Source: Candidatus Shapirobacteria bacterium GW2011_GWF2_37_20 (GTDB lineage: Bacteria; Patescibacteriota; Microgenomatia; UBA12405). Taken from it: a stretch of DNA of 64,000 nt. The stretch is from positions 40,411-104,410 of the forward strand of contig LBTB01000002.1 in NCBI GenBank assembly GCA_000989305.1. Reading direction: 5' to 3'. Position numbers and translations under genes: made by a program. Below, in pieces: positions 37,365 to 46,866 of this stretch (position 1 is the stretch's first letter; each line of letters starts with the position of its first letter). A model generated the notes under the pieces. That model searched no databases and had not been told where the DNA came from. It worked only from the letters and a program-made list of their open reading frames with translations.

Positions 37365-39590
37365 TTATTTCCAAACTATTTTAAACAGTTTCGCGGCCAA
37401 ATAATTTCCACCATAGTTTAAAGAAGGACTCATTAAGTTCTCAGCTTGGTAAAAATTTATCGATGCCGAATAGTCTGGACTAAATTTATTTTTCTTTTCC
37501 GCCAATGCTTTTTGTAATTCCGCTAAATAATATAAGGTATTTTTCTCAAACAGAGCAATTTTTCTTTTATTCAAAATAATTTTTAAATTATCTAATATTT
37601 CTTCACTGTTTGTAAAGATATTTTCTTTTGATCTAAACAATATATAAGCCTCAACCGCTTCAGATATATTTTCTTTTCGTGCCGCTTTCAATGCCTTACT
37701 GGCCCCAATAATCTCAAAATCTCTTCTTAATATTTCCCAACTCTCACTAGTTTGATTATCCATTATTTTAATTATTTGTCCATCTTCGATTACACCTTCA
37801 TAATATTTCCACTCCCTATCGTCACCCGCCACCAAATGATATACACCCCCACCACCATTTCCCACAAGTTTTATGACACAATCTCCCAACAGATAATTCT
37901 CCATAATTACCCAACCATCAACATCACTTTTTTCCGTCCCACCACAGTTTACGGTCATATTTGCTGGTGATCCCAAATAAAATATAGCTTGTCTTTCAGA
38001 ATAACTACTCCCATTATTTACCGCCACTTCCAGTCCCATTTTTTGTAAAATCCAATTAGTTGATTCGTCAACCAAAGCTCGGTGACTCGAATCAAAATCT
38101 TCATTCTCAGCTTCTGAAATTATTGCACTTTTCCTTAAAACCGTTCCATCACCATCCCCGTATTCATGTAATTTTGGTTTTCCATCTTTCCAAATTCCCA
38201 AAAATTGATCGAATATGGAACTGTCTTTCAAATAAATCCATTCTTTTGTCTCTTCTCCAGTTCCACCTATTGTCGACAATTGACCAAAAAAAGAAGACAT
38301 TGTATTGTTCTTCTCCCGTAAAAACGGACTGGTGTTTATAGAAACTGTATTACCATTCTTTTTTAAAAATTCAAAGGTAGGCAATAAATCAAAAACAACT
38401 GGGGCGTAACTCCGTAAAGTTTGCACAATCGTATCATTGTTTTTCTTTTGTAGCTGCAATAAAACATTTAAAGCTACCGCAGCGATATCCGTACTATCAC
38501 TAATTTTTGCCCCATTCCAAGCTTCATACGCCTTAACTGATCCATAATGAGGGCTTCCCAAAGTAATTGTTTTATCAATCAATTCACCATGATCTTGAGA
38601 CCAAATCCGGGCCACCAAGCCTCCCAAACTGTGTCCTACTAAGTCCAGTTTTTGCCCTGTTTCCAAATCTAAACTATTTACATAATTATTGAAATCTCCC
38701 ACTATCTGATTTAGCGGCTTCCTCCAGTCATAATTCCACACATAAAAATCTTGGTCTTTTTCCATGCCATTATTTTCCAAGGCTCTGACTAACAAATCAT
38801 AATTCTTAACGAAAGGTGTCATCGTCCAGTGAAAATTTGCCGACGTATTCCCGGTTAACATTGCCTCCGGGTTCCAACTCGCCCCTAAACCGGGGAAAAT
38901 AATAACTTTATTTACCGGTACTGGTGTAACATCACCCGTATACAGGTTGACATAATCCATATTTAAGTCATTCCAGTCTGTTCTCCCTCCGCGTTGTGAA
39001 TTACCAATAAATATATTTTGAGGAATACATTGGTTATCATTGGTGATAAAAATTATTTGCGAATCAAGCGAAATAGTGTATTTTCCACCATTTTTTTCAA
39101 TCTTAAAAATATGCCAACCCCCAGTATCAGCCAAACGGATTCTTGATAAGGATATGTTACTGTAATCACATCTGCCATCAGATAACACCTCAACATTTCT
39201 GTACTGAAAAACAAGTCCCATGTCCAAGTCATTCCAAATAGAAAATTGATAATATGGATAATCATTATCCCCAGTATAACCAACACCCATACCATCACCC
39301 ATAAAACCAATCTGACCATAACTATAACGATATTCCAAAGTAACATGGTCAAAATCGCCAAACTTTGTAGCTTCAGAATTTGTAACAAAAGGAAAATTTA
39401 GCCCAGACGATGACAAACTCATTATCCCATCCATGAAAATTATTTCTCCACCATTGGCTTCATATTTCCAATTGCTATCTTCCTTTATATGAAAATCATC
39501 AGAAAATAACACGTAGGAATATGATTCTTTTGTAGAAAAAATAAAAATAAAAAATAAAACAAACAAAGATAATTGTATTTTTTTTAACAT
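37365..39590 (-). CDS. Secreted protein: lectin/ConA-like N-terminal domain plus LCAT/PGAP1-like alpha/beta hydrolase
   Basis: Signal peptide; IFPGLGASW, YDWR, GHSLGG nucleophile elbow, TLGSPHYGS, GDGTV. Confidence 0.75.
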   Translation of the reverse strand: MLKKIQLSLFVLFFIFIFSTKESYSYVLFSDDFHIKEDSNWKYEANGGEIIFMDGIMSLSSSGLNFPFVTNSEATKFGDFDHVTLEYRYSYGQIGFMGDGMGVGYTGDNDYPYYQFSIWNDLDMGLVFQYRNVEVLSDGRCDYSNISLSRIRLADTGGWHIFKIEKNGGKYTISLDSQIIFITNDNQCIPQNIFIGNSQRGGRTDWNDLNMDYVNLYTGDVTPVPVNKVIIFPGLGASWNPEAMLTGNTSANFHWTMTPFVKNYDLLVRALENNGMEKDQDFYVWNYDWRKPLNQIVGDFNNYVNSLDLETGQKLDLVGHSLGGLVARIWSQDHGELIDKTITLGSPHYGSVKAYEAWNGAKISDSTDIAAVALNVLLQLQKKNNDTIVQTLRSYAPVVFDLLPTFEFLKKNGNTVSINTSPFLREKNNTMSSFFGQLSTIGGTGEETKEWIYLKDSSIFDQFLGIWKDGKPKLHEYGDGDGTVLRKSAIISEAENEDFDSSHRALVDESTNWILQKMGLEVAVNNGSSYSERQAIFYLGSPANMTVNCGGTEKSDVDGWVIMENYLLGDCVIKLVGNGGGGVYHLVAGDDREWKYYEGVIEDGQIIKIMDNQTSESWEILRRDFEIIGASKALKAARKENISEAVEAYILFRSKENIFTNSEEILDNLKIILNKRKIALFEKNTLYYLAELQKALAEKKNKFSPDYSASINFYQAENLMSPSLNYGGNYLAAKLFKIVWK

Positions 39591-39764
39591 AAATTAATAA
39601 TAATACTTGTGAAAAAAATTGCAATATTTCATAATTTAAATCCGAGCATCAGGCTTAATATATTAAAAAAAGTAAGATTATATTTATTAAAAAAACTATA
39701 TTTATCAAAAATTGTATAATTAACTGGAATTACACCGTAGATTAAATATAAAAAATAATTCAAC

Positions 39765-40529
39765 ATGAACAACATCTCTCTTCTTCTCCTCACTAAAAAT
39801 GAACAAGATAACCTCAAAGGGTGGAGCGATTGGATACACCAATTAACAGCCATCAATGAAATTGTTGTAGTTGATGATGAATCAACCGACAGCACCGTAA
39901 AAATCTTAAAATCATTCTTCACCAAAGAGCTATCAATTAACATTTTCAAAAAAAAACTCGAAAACAACTTCTCTGATCAAAGAAATTTTGGGTTAAAAAA
40001 ATGTCAAAACGATTGGATCCTGTTTCTTGACGCCGATGAAGTTCCCACTGAAAAAACTATTAATTACCTCAATCACCTTTCCCTCAAAAACGGTGAAAAT
40101 TATTCTTTTAAAAGAAGCGTTGTTTATCTGGGCCACACCATCTCCCATGGTCAATGTCTCAACGATCTCCCTATAAAATTATTCAATAAGAATGAAGGTA
40201 AGTTTATTAACCCTGTCCATGAAATTTGGGAAAGTACCAGTACCACTATAGATACATACCAAACCATTCTTCACTACTCCATAAAATCACTTACAGCTTT
40301 TCTGCAAAAAATAAACTTCTATTCATCTCTTCGTGCCCAAGAACTTTTTAACCAAAAACACCATCCCCACCTCTGGGAAATAATTATTTACCCAAAACTA
40401 AAGTTTTTAGACTTATATTTTCTAAGACTCGGATTTCTTGACGGTACTGCCGGCATTATCCTCTCCCTATCTTTGTCCTTTAACAGCTTTTTAGTTCGGT
40501 CAAAACTATGGCACTTGTCACAAAAATAG
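39765..40529 (+). CDS. Glycosyltransferase family 2 (beta-1,4-glucosyltransferase-like)
   Basis: LTKNE, VVDDESTDST, FSDQRN, WILFLDADE, VHE, GFLDG. Confidence 0.88.
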   Translation: MNNISLLLLTKNEQDNLKGWSDWIHQLTAINEIVVVDDESTDSTVKILKSFFTKELSINIFKKKLENNFSDQRNFGLKKCQNDWILFLDADEVPTEKTINYLNHLSLKNGENYSFKRSVVYLGHTISHGQCLNDLPIKLFNKNEGKFINPVHEIWESTSTTIDTYQTILHYSIKSLTAFLQKINFYSSLRAQELFNQKHHPHLWEIIIYPKLKFLDLYFLRLGFLDGTAGIILSLSLSFNSFLVRSKLWHLSQK

Positions 40530-41575
40530 CCCTATATCTAACCATCATCCTTTTCTTTTTTGGTCAACTTTTTCGTCTTCAATTATTAAATATTTCTTTC
40601 CCAATTTTCGACATTGCTCTTTTATTTCTTGCCTTTTCAAATCTTCTTTCAAATAAATTTAATTTAAAAAATCTCCACTCCTGGGTAATATATTTTTCCC
40701 TATTTTCTCTATTAACCCTCGTTTTAAATTGGTTCCGTTTCCCCTTTTCCCTCTCTAGTTTCTTTTATTGGCTCCGCTTAGTTTCACTTCTTTCTCTGTT
40801 TCTTTTTCCCCTTAATATCGATCAAAAAACAGATAAATTTTTTCGTCTCATTCTATGGTCAGGACTTATATTTGGATTTATCCAATATATTTTCTGGCCG
40901 GATTTTACCTACTTTTCCACTCTCAACTGGGATCCTCATTTATACCGCCTTTTGGGAACTTTTTTCGATCCCACTTTTACCGGATTAATTTTTCTATTAT
41001 TTCTTATTAAAATATACTTTTCATCCCAGACAAAATTGTTTTTAATCCCTATCTATTTTGGTCTCGCCCTAACTTATAGCCGCTCGTCTCTCCTAGCATT
41101 TATGATTGTTTTTGCTTTTATCGCCATTATCAAAAAGAATCTAAAGATTTTTTTGATATCTTTGTTAATTTTCGTCTCGACCATTATTATTCTTCCGCGT
41201 ATGCCAGGAGAGGGGACTAAGCTGGAAAGGACTAGTTCTATAAAAGCAAAAATTGCCAATTATAAAAGTGGCCTAAAACTATTCTTCACCTCTCCGATTG
41301 TTGGAGTTGGTTACAACAACCTTTCCACCATCAGACCTGATAAAAACTCTCACGCTAATTCCGGTTTCGACGGCAGTCTATTAACCATCTGTGTCACTAC
41401 CGGCCTAATTGGTCTTTTTCTATTTTCTAAAATATTTATTCAAAATCTCGGTTCTACCTCACTTTATTGGCAATCAATACTTCTCACCGTGTTTATTCAT
41501 TCACTTTTTGCCAACTCTCTTCTCTATCCTTGGATCCTATTTTTTCTTGCTTTCGAGTTTAGATATCGTAAGTAA
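40508..41575 (+). CDS. O-antigen ligase-like (Wzy_C) membrane protein
   Basis: Multi-TM; RLLGTFFDP, LTYSRSS, PIVGVGYN, HSLFANSL. Confidence 0.75.
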   Translation: MALVTKIALYLTIILFFFGQLFRLQLLNISFPIFDIALLFLAFSNLLSNKFNLKNLHSWVIYFSLFSLLTLVLNWFRFPFSLSSFFYWLRLVSLLSLFLFPLNIDQKTDKFFRLILWSGLIFGFIQYIFWPDFTYFSTLNWDPHLYRLLGTFFDPTFTGLIFLLFLIKIYFSSQTKLFLIPIYFGLALTYSRSSLLAFMIVFAFIAIIKKNLKIFLISLLIFVSTIIILPRMPGEGTKLERTSSIKAKIANYKSGLKLFFTSPIVGVGYNNLSTIRPDKNSHANSGFDGSLLTICVTTGLIGLFLFSKIFIQNLGSTSLYWQSILLTVFIHSLFANSLLYPWILFFLAFEFRYRK

Positions 41576-42290
41576 TTTCAATTGTTTTCTTTGTCTCGTT
41601 GCCCGCATCACTTCGAATTATTATTTCCAAATTATTCTTTCCCGCATTCAACTGAACTTTAAGCTTAAACAACCCTTCATCATCTACCAGTGCCAATCGT
41701 CCGTTTATACTCACACTAACTCCTTTATCGCTTTTTCCTACAACATCAAAATCTGCGCTATCAACACTAATCTTATCCTCAGACGGGTTAATCATGTTTA
41801 AACTTGGCGGTTGGTTGTCATAAATAATTGTCACCGCCTTAGATAACTCACTGTTTCCCTCTTTTGGTGTCGATGCTAAAGCCGTAAATGTATTTCCACC
41901 GCTATCCAAAGTTATATCTGTAAAAACAAAACCGCCCTTGTCATCAACTATTTTCTTTCCCAAAGATACATCGTTTTTCAATAATTCCACTTCAACCTTC
42001 GGTTCTGCTACTCCAGAAATTGAAAATCGCGCACTGTTTGTCGCCTCAAAGCTTACAACTAACCTTGGTGGTAATGGAGGCAACACTTTTTCTTGATTAT
42101 CAGTTCTTGATAAGCTTTTTGCATTACCCAAAAGTACTGACAATTTTATCAAAAGAGGTAAACCAAAAATAAGAACGGCAGCAAAAATAAGCACCGTTAC
42201 CCCCCCTAAAACTATTGTCTTTTTAGTTATCTCCTCGTCCTCTTTTCTATTTAGTCTCGATCTTGGTTTTGTCTTAAAAAATTCTGACAT
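41559..42290 (-). CDS. Membrane-anchored protein with tandem Ig-like domains
   Basis: One TM, then beta-rich repeats (ISGVAEP, GGNTFTA, DNQPP, GKNNLEI, DAGNET). Confidence 0.7.
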   Translation of the reverse strand: MSEFFKTKPRSRLNRKEDEEITKKTIVLGGVTVLIFAAVLIFGLPLLIKLSVLLGNAKSLSRTDNQEKVLPPLPPRLVVSFEATNSARFSISGVAEPKVEVELLKNDVSLGKKIVDDKGGFVFTDITLDSGGNTFTALASTPKEGNSELSKAVTIIYDNQPPSLNMINPSEDKISVDSADFDVVGKSDKGVSVSINGRLALVDDEGLFKLKVQLNAGKNNLEIIIRSDAGNETKKTIEITYDI

Positions 42291-42324
42291 ATTATTAATA
42301 TATTTTACATCAATAAAAACTCAG

Positions 42325-42395
42325 AGCCCCTTGCCAGAATTGAACTGACATCTGTGGTTTACGATACCAAAGCTCTACCGTTGAGCTAAAGGGGC
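42325..42395 (-). tRNA. tRNA-Thr(CGT)
   Basis: GCCCCTT...AAGGGGC-T acceptor; anticodon loop ATCGTAA; T arm GTCAG-TTCAATT-CTGGC. Confidence 0.88.
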
Positions 42396-42404
42396 ACAGG
42401 TTTG

Positions 42405-42475
42405 AGCGGCTAGAGGGAATCGGACCCTCGACTAATCCTTGGGAAGGATTCATTTTACCACTAAACCATAGCCGC
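42405..42475 (-). tRNA. tRNA-Gly(CCC)
   Basis: GCGGCTA...TAGCCGC-T acceptor; AATCC-TTCCCAA-GGATT anticodon arm. Confidence 0.93.
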
Positions 42476-42481
42476 ACTGGC

Positions 42482-43057
42482 CTAAATTTTACCATAGATA
42501 CTCAGTGTCATTCCGATTTCCAGCTTGTCCGGGCTATTTAGTTTACTCCTATTATCTTGCCAAATTTTAGTCCATTGGTATCCGTCACCATACACTCTCT
42601 GGGCAATTTTCCACAAACTGTCACCCCAAACCACCACATACTCTGTTTTTTCATTGACAACTGTAGCGCTTCCTTCATTGTCAGCCTTGACTTCACTTTT
42701 TTCAATTATTGGTAAGACCAATTTTTGACCAACGTAAACCAGTCCAGGATTTTCCAAATTATTCAATTTGGCAATCTCAGTCCACTTATAGCCATCGTTG
42801 AATTCTCTGACAGCAATCTTCCACAAACTATCATCTTTTTGAACCGTGACTGTATTTTCACCATTTTTATCACCAATTTTAATTTCTTCTTCCACCTTTA
42901 AGTAATTACTTACTCCAGGTACACCAACATTTCCTTTTCGTTTTTCAATATAATTCACCAGAAAGCCAATCGCCGCCACTACCACCACCAAACCTAAAAA
43001 CATACTAACCACATCTTCTCTTGATTTAAAGAATCCTTTCTTTGTTTGTTTTGCCAT
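42482..43057 (-). CDS. Membrane-anchored protein with two LysM domains
   Basis: TM, then VQKDDSLWKIA...W..IAKLN and YVVVWGDSLWKIA...W..I; start ATG 43057. Confidence 0.9.
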   Translation of the reverse strand: MAKQTKKGFFKSREDVVSMFLGLVVVVAAIGFLVNYIEKRKGNVGVPGVSNYLKVEEEIKIGDKNGENTVTVQKDDSLWKIAVREFNDGYKWTEIAKLNNLENPGLVYVGQKLVLPIIEKSEVKADNEGSATVVNEKTEYVVVWGDSLWKIAQRVYGDGYQWTKIWQDNRSKLNSPDKLEIGMTLSIYGKI

Positions 43058-43107
43058 ATATCCAAACATAGCGAATTTAGGTCCTATAGTCAACTCCAAA
43101 GGGTCAA

Positions 43108-43404
43108 TTATCTCCGTATAATAATTTCATCACCAAGCTTTTGACTACTTAATTGCATTAACCTATTTAATTCTTTTACAAATAGTTCCGCCTTTTCTAA
43201 ATTTAACTTATATATTCTTTCTTTCCCCTTAACCCTGTCATTAACTAGTCCAGCTTTTCTTAAAACCGACAAATGATTCGATACTGTTGCCTGGCTTAAA
43301 TTTAATTTTTTAACAATTTCACTCACGTTTAATTCGCCAAATCCCAACCAATAAACTATTTTTCTCCGGTTTATTTCAGCCATCGCTTTATATATCTTAT
43401 CCAT
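43108..43404 (-). CDS. ArsR/SmtB family transcriptional regulator
   Basis: YKAMAEINRRKI, LSQATVSNHLSVLRKAGLV, GKERIY. Confidence 0.9.
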   Translation of the reverse strand: MDKIYKAMAEINRRKIVYWLGFGELNVSEIVKKLNLSQATVSNHLSVLRKAGLVNDRVKGKERIYKLNLEKAELFVKELNRLMQLSSQKLGDEIIIRR

Positions 43405-43492
43405 AATTGCATTATATCGACAACCATCAATATGTCAATAAATCATTATGTGGTTGAAAAAAATACGCTCAGGCGTCAAAATATACTTCAAT

Positions 43493-44104
43493 ATGAACAA
43501 CTACGATGATAAACAGGAAAAATCTTTAGTTTTAGTAAAACCAGATGGCGTTCAAAGGGCCCTAATCGGTGAAGCAATTAAACGATATGAACAATGTGGT
43601 CTAAAACTCGTTGCCATGAAAATGGTAATTCCCACCCGCGATCAAGCCCTTAAACACTATTCTGTTGATCCAGACTGGGCATTTAAAACCGGCACCAAAT
43701 CTATCGAATCGTGGAAGGCTAAGGGTTTAACTCCTCCAACAGAAGACCCAATTGAGCTGGCTGAGAATGTCAGGAAACAACTAGTTGATTTCCTAAGTAG
43801 TGGTCCAGTTGTAGCCATGGTTTGGCAGGGAATGAATGCCATTGGAGTTATTCGAAAAATTACTGGCGGCACCGAGCCTCTTACCTCCGTTCCCGGAACC
43901 ATTCGTGGAGACTATACTATTGATTCATATCGAGCCTCTGATACTGATAAGCGCGCCGTCCGCAACATTATTCACGCCTCCGGCTCAGTTGAAGAAGCTG
44001 ACAAGGAAATGGCTCTCTGGTTTAAACCAGAAGAAATCTTAAATTATCGCCTAATTGCTGAAGAAATCATCTACGACGCCAACCTCGACGGTATTTTGGA
44101 ATAA
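43493..44104 (+). CDS. ndk: Nucleoside diphosphate kinase (long form with insertion)
   Basis: LVKPDGVQRALIG, SGPVVAMVWQG, PGTIRGD, RNIIHAS. Confidence 0.95.
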   Translation: MNNYDDKQEKSLVLVKPDGVQRALIGEAIKRYEQCGLKLVAMKMVIPTRDQALKHYSVDPDWAFKTGTKSIESWKAKGLTPPTEDPIELAENVRKQLVDFLSSGPVVAMVWQGMNAIGVIRKITGGTEPLTSVPGTIRGDYTIDSYRASDTDKRAVRNIIHASGSVEEADKEMALWFKPEEILNYRLIAEEIIYDANLDGILE

Positions 44105-44129
44105 AAAAGGGATAGTGAGATAATTAGTT

Positions 44130-44741
44130 GTGAAAATTGTTTATATTATCGTTAGCCTTCTCTTGGTATTTCTTATCTATGATAATTTTTTCTCACAACA
44201 TTCAAGACAAACACCCAGCGTTACCATAAATTCTCCGACACCTACGCCAACTCAACCATCCAATAAAATAGTCGAACCTGTCGCAGAATTTAAAACAAGA
44301 ATTACTAAAAAATTCTACGGTACTTATATAACACCCCAAAATTCACCCATAAAACCTGAAAAGTTCACCGGCTTTCACACAGCAGTTGATGTTGAATATG
44401 AAGATATTAAGGGCGATGTTCCCGTATATTCTATTGACGACGGTCAGGTAATATATTCAGGCCAAGTTAACGGTTATGGCGGTTTTATTGCCATCCAGTA
44501 TCCTCAATATATTGGAATCTATGGACACTTACAGCCAAAAAGTCTTCTTCCCAATAAATCGGTTATCAAAAAAGGCAATGTTATTGGAATTCTGGGTCAA
44601 GCCTATTCTGCGGAAACTGATGGTGAGCGAAAACATCTTCATTTTGCCATTCTTAAAAGTGTAAAACTCGACTTTCGTGGATATGTTCAAACAGAATCCG
44701 AACTTTCTTTATGGATTGATCCTCTCACCTTATTTCCTTGA
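44130..44741 (+). CDS. M23 family metallopeptidase, membrane-anchored
   Basis: HTAVD (HxxxD), YGHL, HLHF (HxH); SPTPTPT linker. Confidence 0.88.
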   Translation: MKIVYIIVSLLLVFLIYDNFFSQHSRQTPSVTINSPTPTPTQPSNKIVEPVAEFKTRITKKFYGTYITPQNSPIKPEKFTGFHTAVDVEYEDIKGDVPVYSIDDGQVIYSGQVNGYGGFIAIQYPQYIGIYGHLQPKSLLPNKSVIKKGNVIGILGQAYSAETDGERKHLHFAILKSVKLDFRGYVQTESELSLWIDPLTLFP

Positions 44742-44768
44742 TCTAAAAAACAAGTGAGATAATACGGT

Positions 44769-45230
44769 GTGATCGAACAGGCGAAAATTCTTTGCACTAT
44801 TTTGGGAAGTTTCAAATTTAAAAAAGAAATCGATTTAGTTCGGGAAGAGCTTGAAGACAATAAGGTAACCGTTTTAGCACCAGAAAAAGGGTCAATATAT
44901 ATTCCACCCTCCAGAAGACATATCCTGATTCCGTCAAGTTTTAGACCCCTACCAAGCGAGAAAAACAAACCCATAAAACAAGTAGAAAATAATTTTTTGC
45001 GAAACATTGGCATATCAAATTTTACATACTTAGTAGATATTGATGGATATGTTGGCCCCGTGGTCAGCATGGAAATGGGATTTACCATTGCAAGAGAAAT
45101 TCCCCTATATGCCAAAGAAAAAATTAATATAAATTTAGATCCTAATCCGGAATGGAAAGAAAGAGTAGAAAAGATTCCGGTAATGACCCCAGCTGAAGCT
45201 TTAAAAGATTTTCAAGAAAAAAATCTATAA
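44769..45230 (+). CDS. Hypothetical protein, possibly nucleoside 2-deoxyribosyltransferase-like
   Basis: ILGSFKF, VLAP, DGYVGPVVSMEMGFTIA..IPLY pattern. Confidence 0.5.
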   Translation: MIEQAKILCTILGSFKFKKEIDLVREELEDNKVTVLAPEKGSIYIPPSRRHILIPSSFRPLPSEKNKPIKQVENNFLRNIGISNFTYLVDIDGYVGPVVSMEMGFTIAREIPLYAKEKININLDPNPEWKERVEKIPVMTPAEALKDFQEKNL

Positions 45231-45236
45231 ATCACT

Positions 45237-45282
45237 AAAAATCCCCCAAGAAGGGGGATTTTGCTTTGCGGACCATGTGGGA
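45237..45282. repeat. Imperfect direct-repeat copy of the tRNA-Asp 3' end plus its terminator (att-like)
   Basis: aaaaatccccc..gggggattttgctttgcggaccatgtggga versus 45837-45883 aaaaatccccc..gggggattttgcttgcggacccaatggga. Confidence 0.8.
45238..45262. terminator. Bidirectional intrinsic terminator
   Basis: AAAATCCCCC-AAGAA-GGGGGATTTT between convergent genes. Confidence 0.85.
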
Positions 45283-45287
45283 CGAGA

Positions 45288-45815
45288 TTAGAACTTATTT
45301 AAATACTTATTCAGAACAATTTTCAACTCCTCAATCTCATATTGTCCGGGGTTAAACCGAACTAATGGAAAATTATTACGTTTAAATAACTCTCCAACAA
45401 ACTTATCTCTATCTATTCTATCTTCTTCCTCGTGACTTGAATCATCTAACTCAATAGCAAAAACTGGAGATTGTGTACCTTTATTCACTATTAAAAAATC
45501 TACTGATTTTTGGTTTATTCTCCTCAACCAACCTAAATAATATTTATATGCGCTTTGACGTTCAATCCTAAAAATCTTATCCAAATTAACCTGGGGATAA
45601 ACATCATAATTTAATCCTAAAACAACTCTAAGATTTTCAAACAATAATCTTTCATGATTTGACATCACGGTTTCTCTTAATCTATACGGTAAATAATAAT
45701 TAGGATTACTTACATCTTTTTCGTCCAATTCTCCCTCTTTAACCTCAATATTTGATTTTGAACGTAACCATAAATACAAAATTCCTATCACTAAAATAAT
45801 TACTATAGATTGCAT
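45288..45815 (-). CDS. DUF2726-domain protein with N-terminal TM
   Basis: VYPQVNL, INQKSVDFLI, AIELDDSSH, RDKFV pattern. Confidence 0.85.
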   Translation of the reverse strand: MQSIVIILVIGILYLWLRSKSNIEVKEGELDEKDVSNPNYYLPYRLRETVMSNHERLLFENLRVVLGLNYDVYPQVNLDKIFRIERQSAYKYYLGWLRRINQKSVDFLIVNKGTQSPVFAIELDDSSHEEEDRIDRDKFVGELFKRNNFPLVRFNPGQYEIEELKIVLNKYLNKF

Positions 45816-45837
45816 AATTAAATATACACCCAATTAA

Positions 45838-45864
45838 AAAATCCCCCAAAGTATGGGGGATTTT
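45838..45864 (-). terminator. Intrinsic terminator of tRNA-Asp
   Basis: AAAATCCCCCA-AAGTA-TGGGGGATTTT hairpin; U-tract on the minus strand. Confidence 0.85.
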
Positions 45865-45869
45865 GCTTG

Positions 45870-45943
45870 CGGACCCAATGGGATTTGAACCCACGATCTT
45901 CCGCGTGACAGGCGGATGTGCTAGACCGCTGCACCATGGGTCC
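45870..45943 (-). tRNA. tRNA-Asp(GTC)
   Basis: GGACCCA...TGGGTCC-G acceptor; TCCGC-CTGTCAC-GCGGA anticodon arm; GGTTCAAATCC. Confidence 0.96.
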
Positions 45944-45988
45944 TAGAGCCTAAATACTATATCAAAATTACCACCTTTTATCTATTAT

Positions 45989-46573
45989 CTATTTTTCCCA
46001 ATTATTCAAAATCTTTTCTACCGCCTCAATTGAAAACAATTGATGAATATTTCGATTTTCCCAAACAATAGCTTCTTTGTATTCTTCATCCGAATAGGGG
46101 ACTAATCCTAACTTTTTCGTCAAATCATCAGGATCATTCTTTCCGGTCCCCGATTCAATTTCAAAAGTATAATAATCATCTGTATATTTTGACAACTTTA
46201 CCTCAAAGTCTTCAAAATCAAATTCCCAGCTCTCCCATTGATAAATCATTCCCTTGCCTAAACCCAACCTGACAAACATTTTTATTGTTTCCAGTATCTG
46301 TCCCTCTTCCAATTTTATATCCAGCTCCTCTCTTTCTTTATCATTAAAGTTCCCCATTTTAGCGCTAATTTTTTCTTTACTTCCTGATTTCTTTATTCTC
46401 AAATCAACCCCACTCACATTCTGCCAACTTCTGTCCACCTCATTAAATCCCGGCGAGATATCCACCGACAATCTCTTGTAACAATCCTTTAGACTGGCAT
46501 CTTTATTCATCAATGCCATCACTTCGTTAAACTTTTCTTTAGTTATTTTCCCTCTTATTTCTATTTCCGTCAT
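45989..46573 (-). CDS. CYTH-domain (triphosphate tunnel) protein
   Basis: N-terminal EIEIR (ExExK-like), DLRIK, REELDI, FEIE. Confidence 0.75.
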   Translation of the reverse strand: MTEIEIRGKITKEKFNEVMALMNKDASLKDCYKRLSVDISPGFNEVDRSWQNVSGVDLRIKKSGSKEKISAKMGNFNDKEREELDIKLEEGQILETIKMFVRLGLGKGMIYQWESWEFDFEDFEVKLSKYTDDYYTFEIESGTGKNDPDDLTKKLGLVPYSDEEYKEAIVWENRNIHQLFSIEAVEKILNNWEK

Positions 46574-46590
46574 ATATATTTTTTGACCAC

Positions 46591-46839
46591 TTAATCAATA
46601 ACTTCTTCATCACCATCACCAATTCCATCATCAAAAGTTACTTTTCGGGGTTTTAATATACAATTTTCACCGGTAATCTCACACCTATTGTCTCTTCCCA
46701 TTCTTCCACATAATTCCACCATTTCCACTCTTGCTCTTATTGTATTACCCGGCTTCCCCGTGTCAACACTGCCTATTCTCGTTAAAACATCGTTGCCCTG
46801 ACATACAATTGGTATTTCTACAAACATAATCTTTGTCAA
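46591..46839 (-). CDS. Small Cys-containing hypothetical protein
   Basis: Fills the gap between the CYTH gene and polX; 4 Cys; start uncertain. Confidence 0.5.
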   Translation of the reverse strand: MTKIMFVEIPIVCQGNDVLTRIGSVDTGKPGNTIRARVEMVELCGRMGRDNRCEITGENCILKPRKVTFDDGIGDGDEEVID

Positions 46840-46866
46840 TTTTAGCAGATGATTCTATAATTAATT

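Noticed and set aside
39629-39967. 112-aa minus-strand ORF over the AT-rich intergenic region
   Set aside because: It overlaps the GT2 gene antisense and is low-complexity; more likely divergent promoter DNA.
42310-42495. 61-aa minus-strand ORF in the track
   Set aside because: It overlies tRNA-Gly and tRNA-Thr; a spurious translation of tRNA genes.
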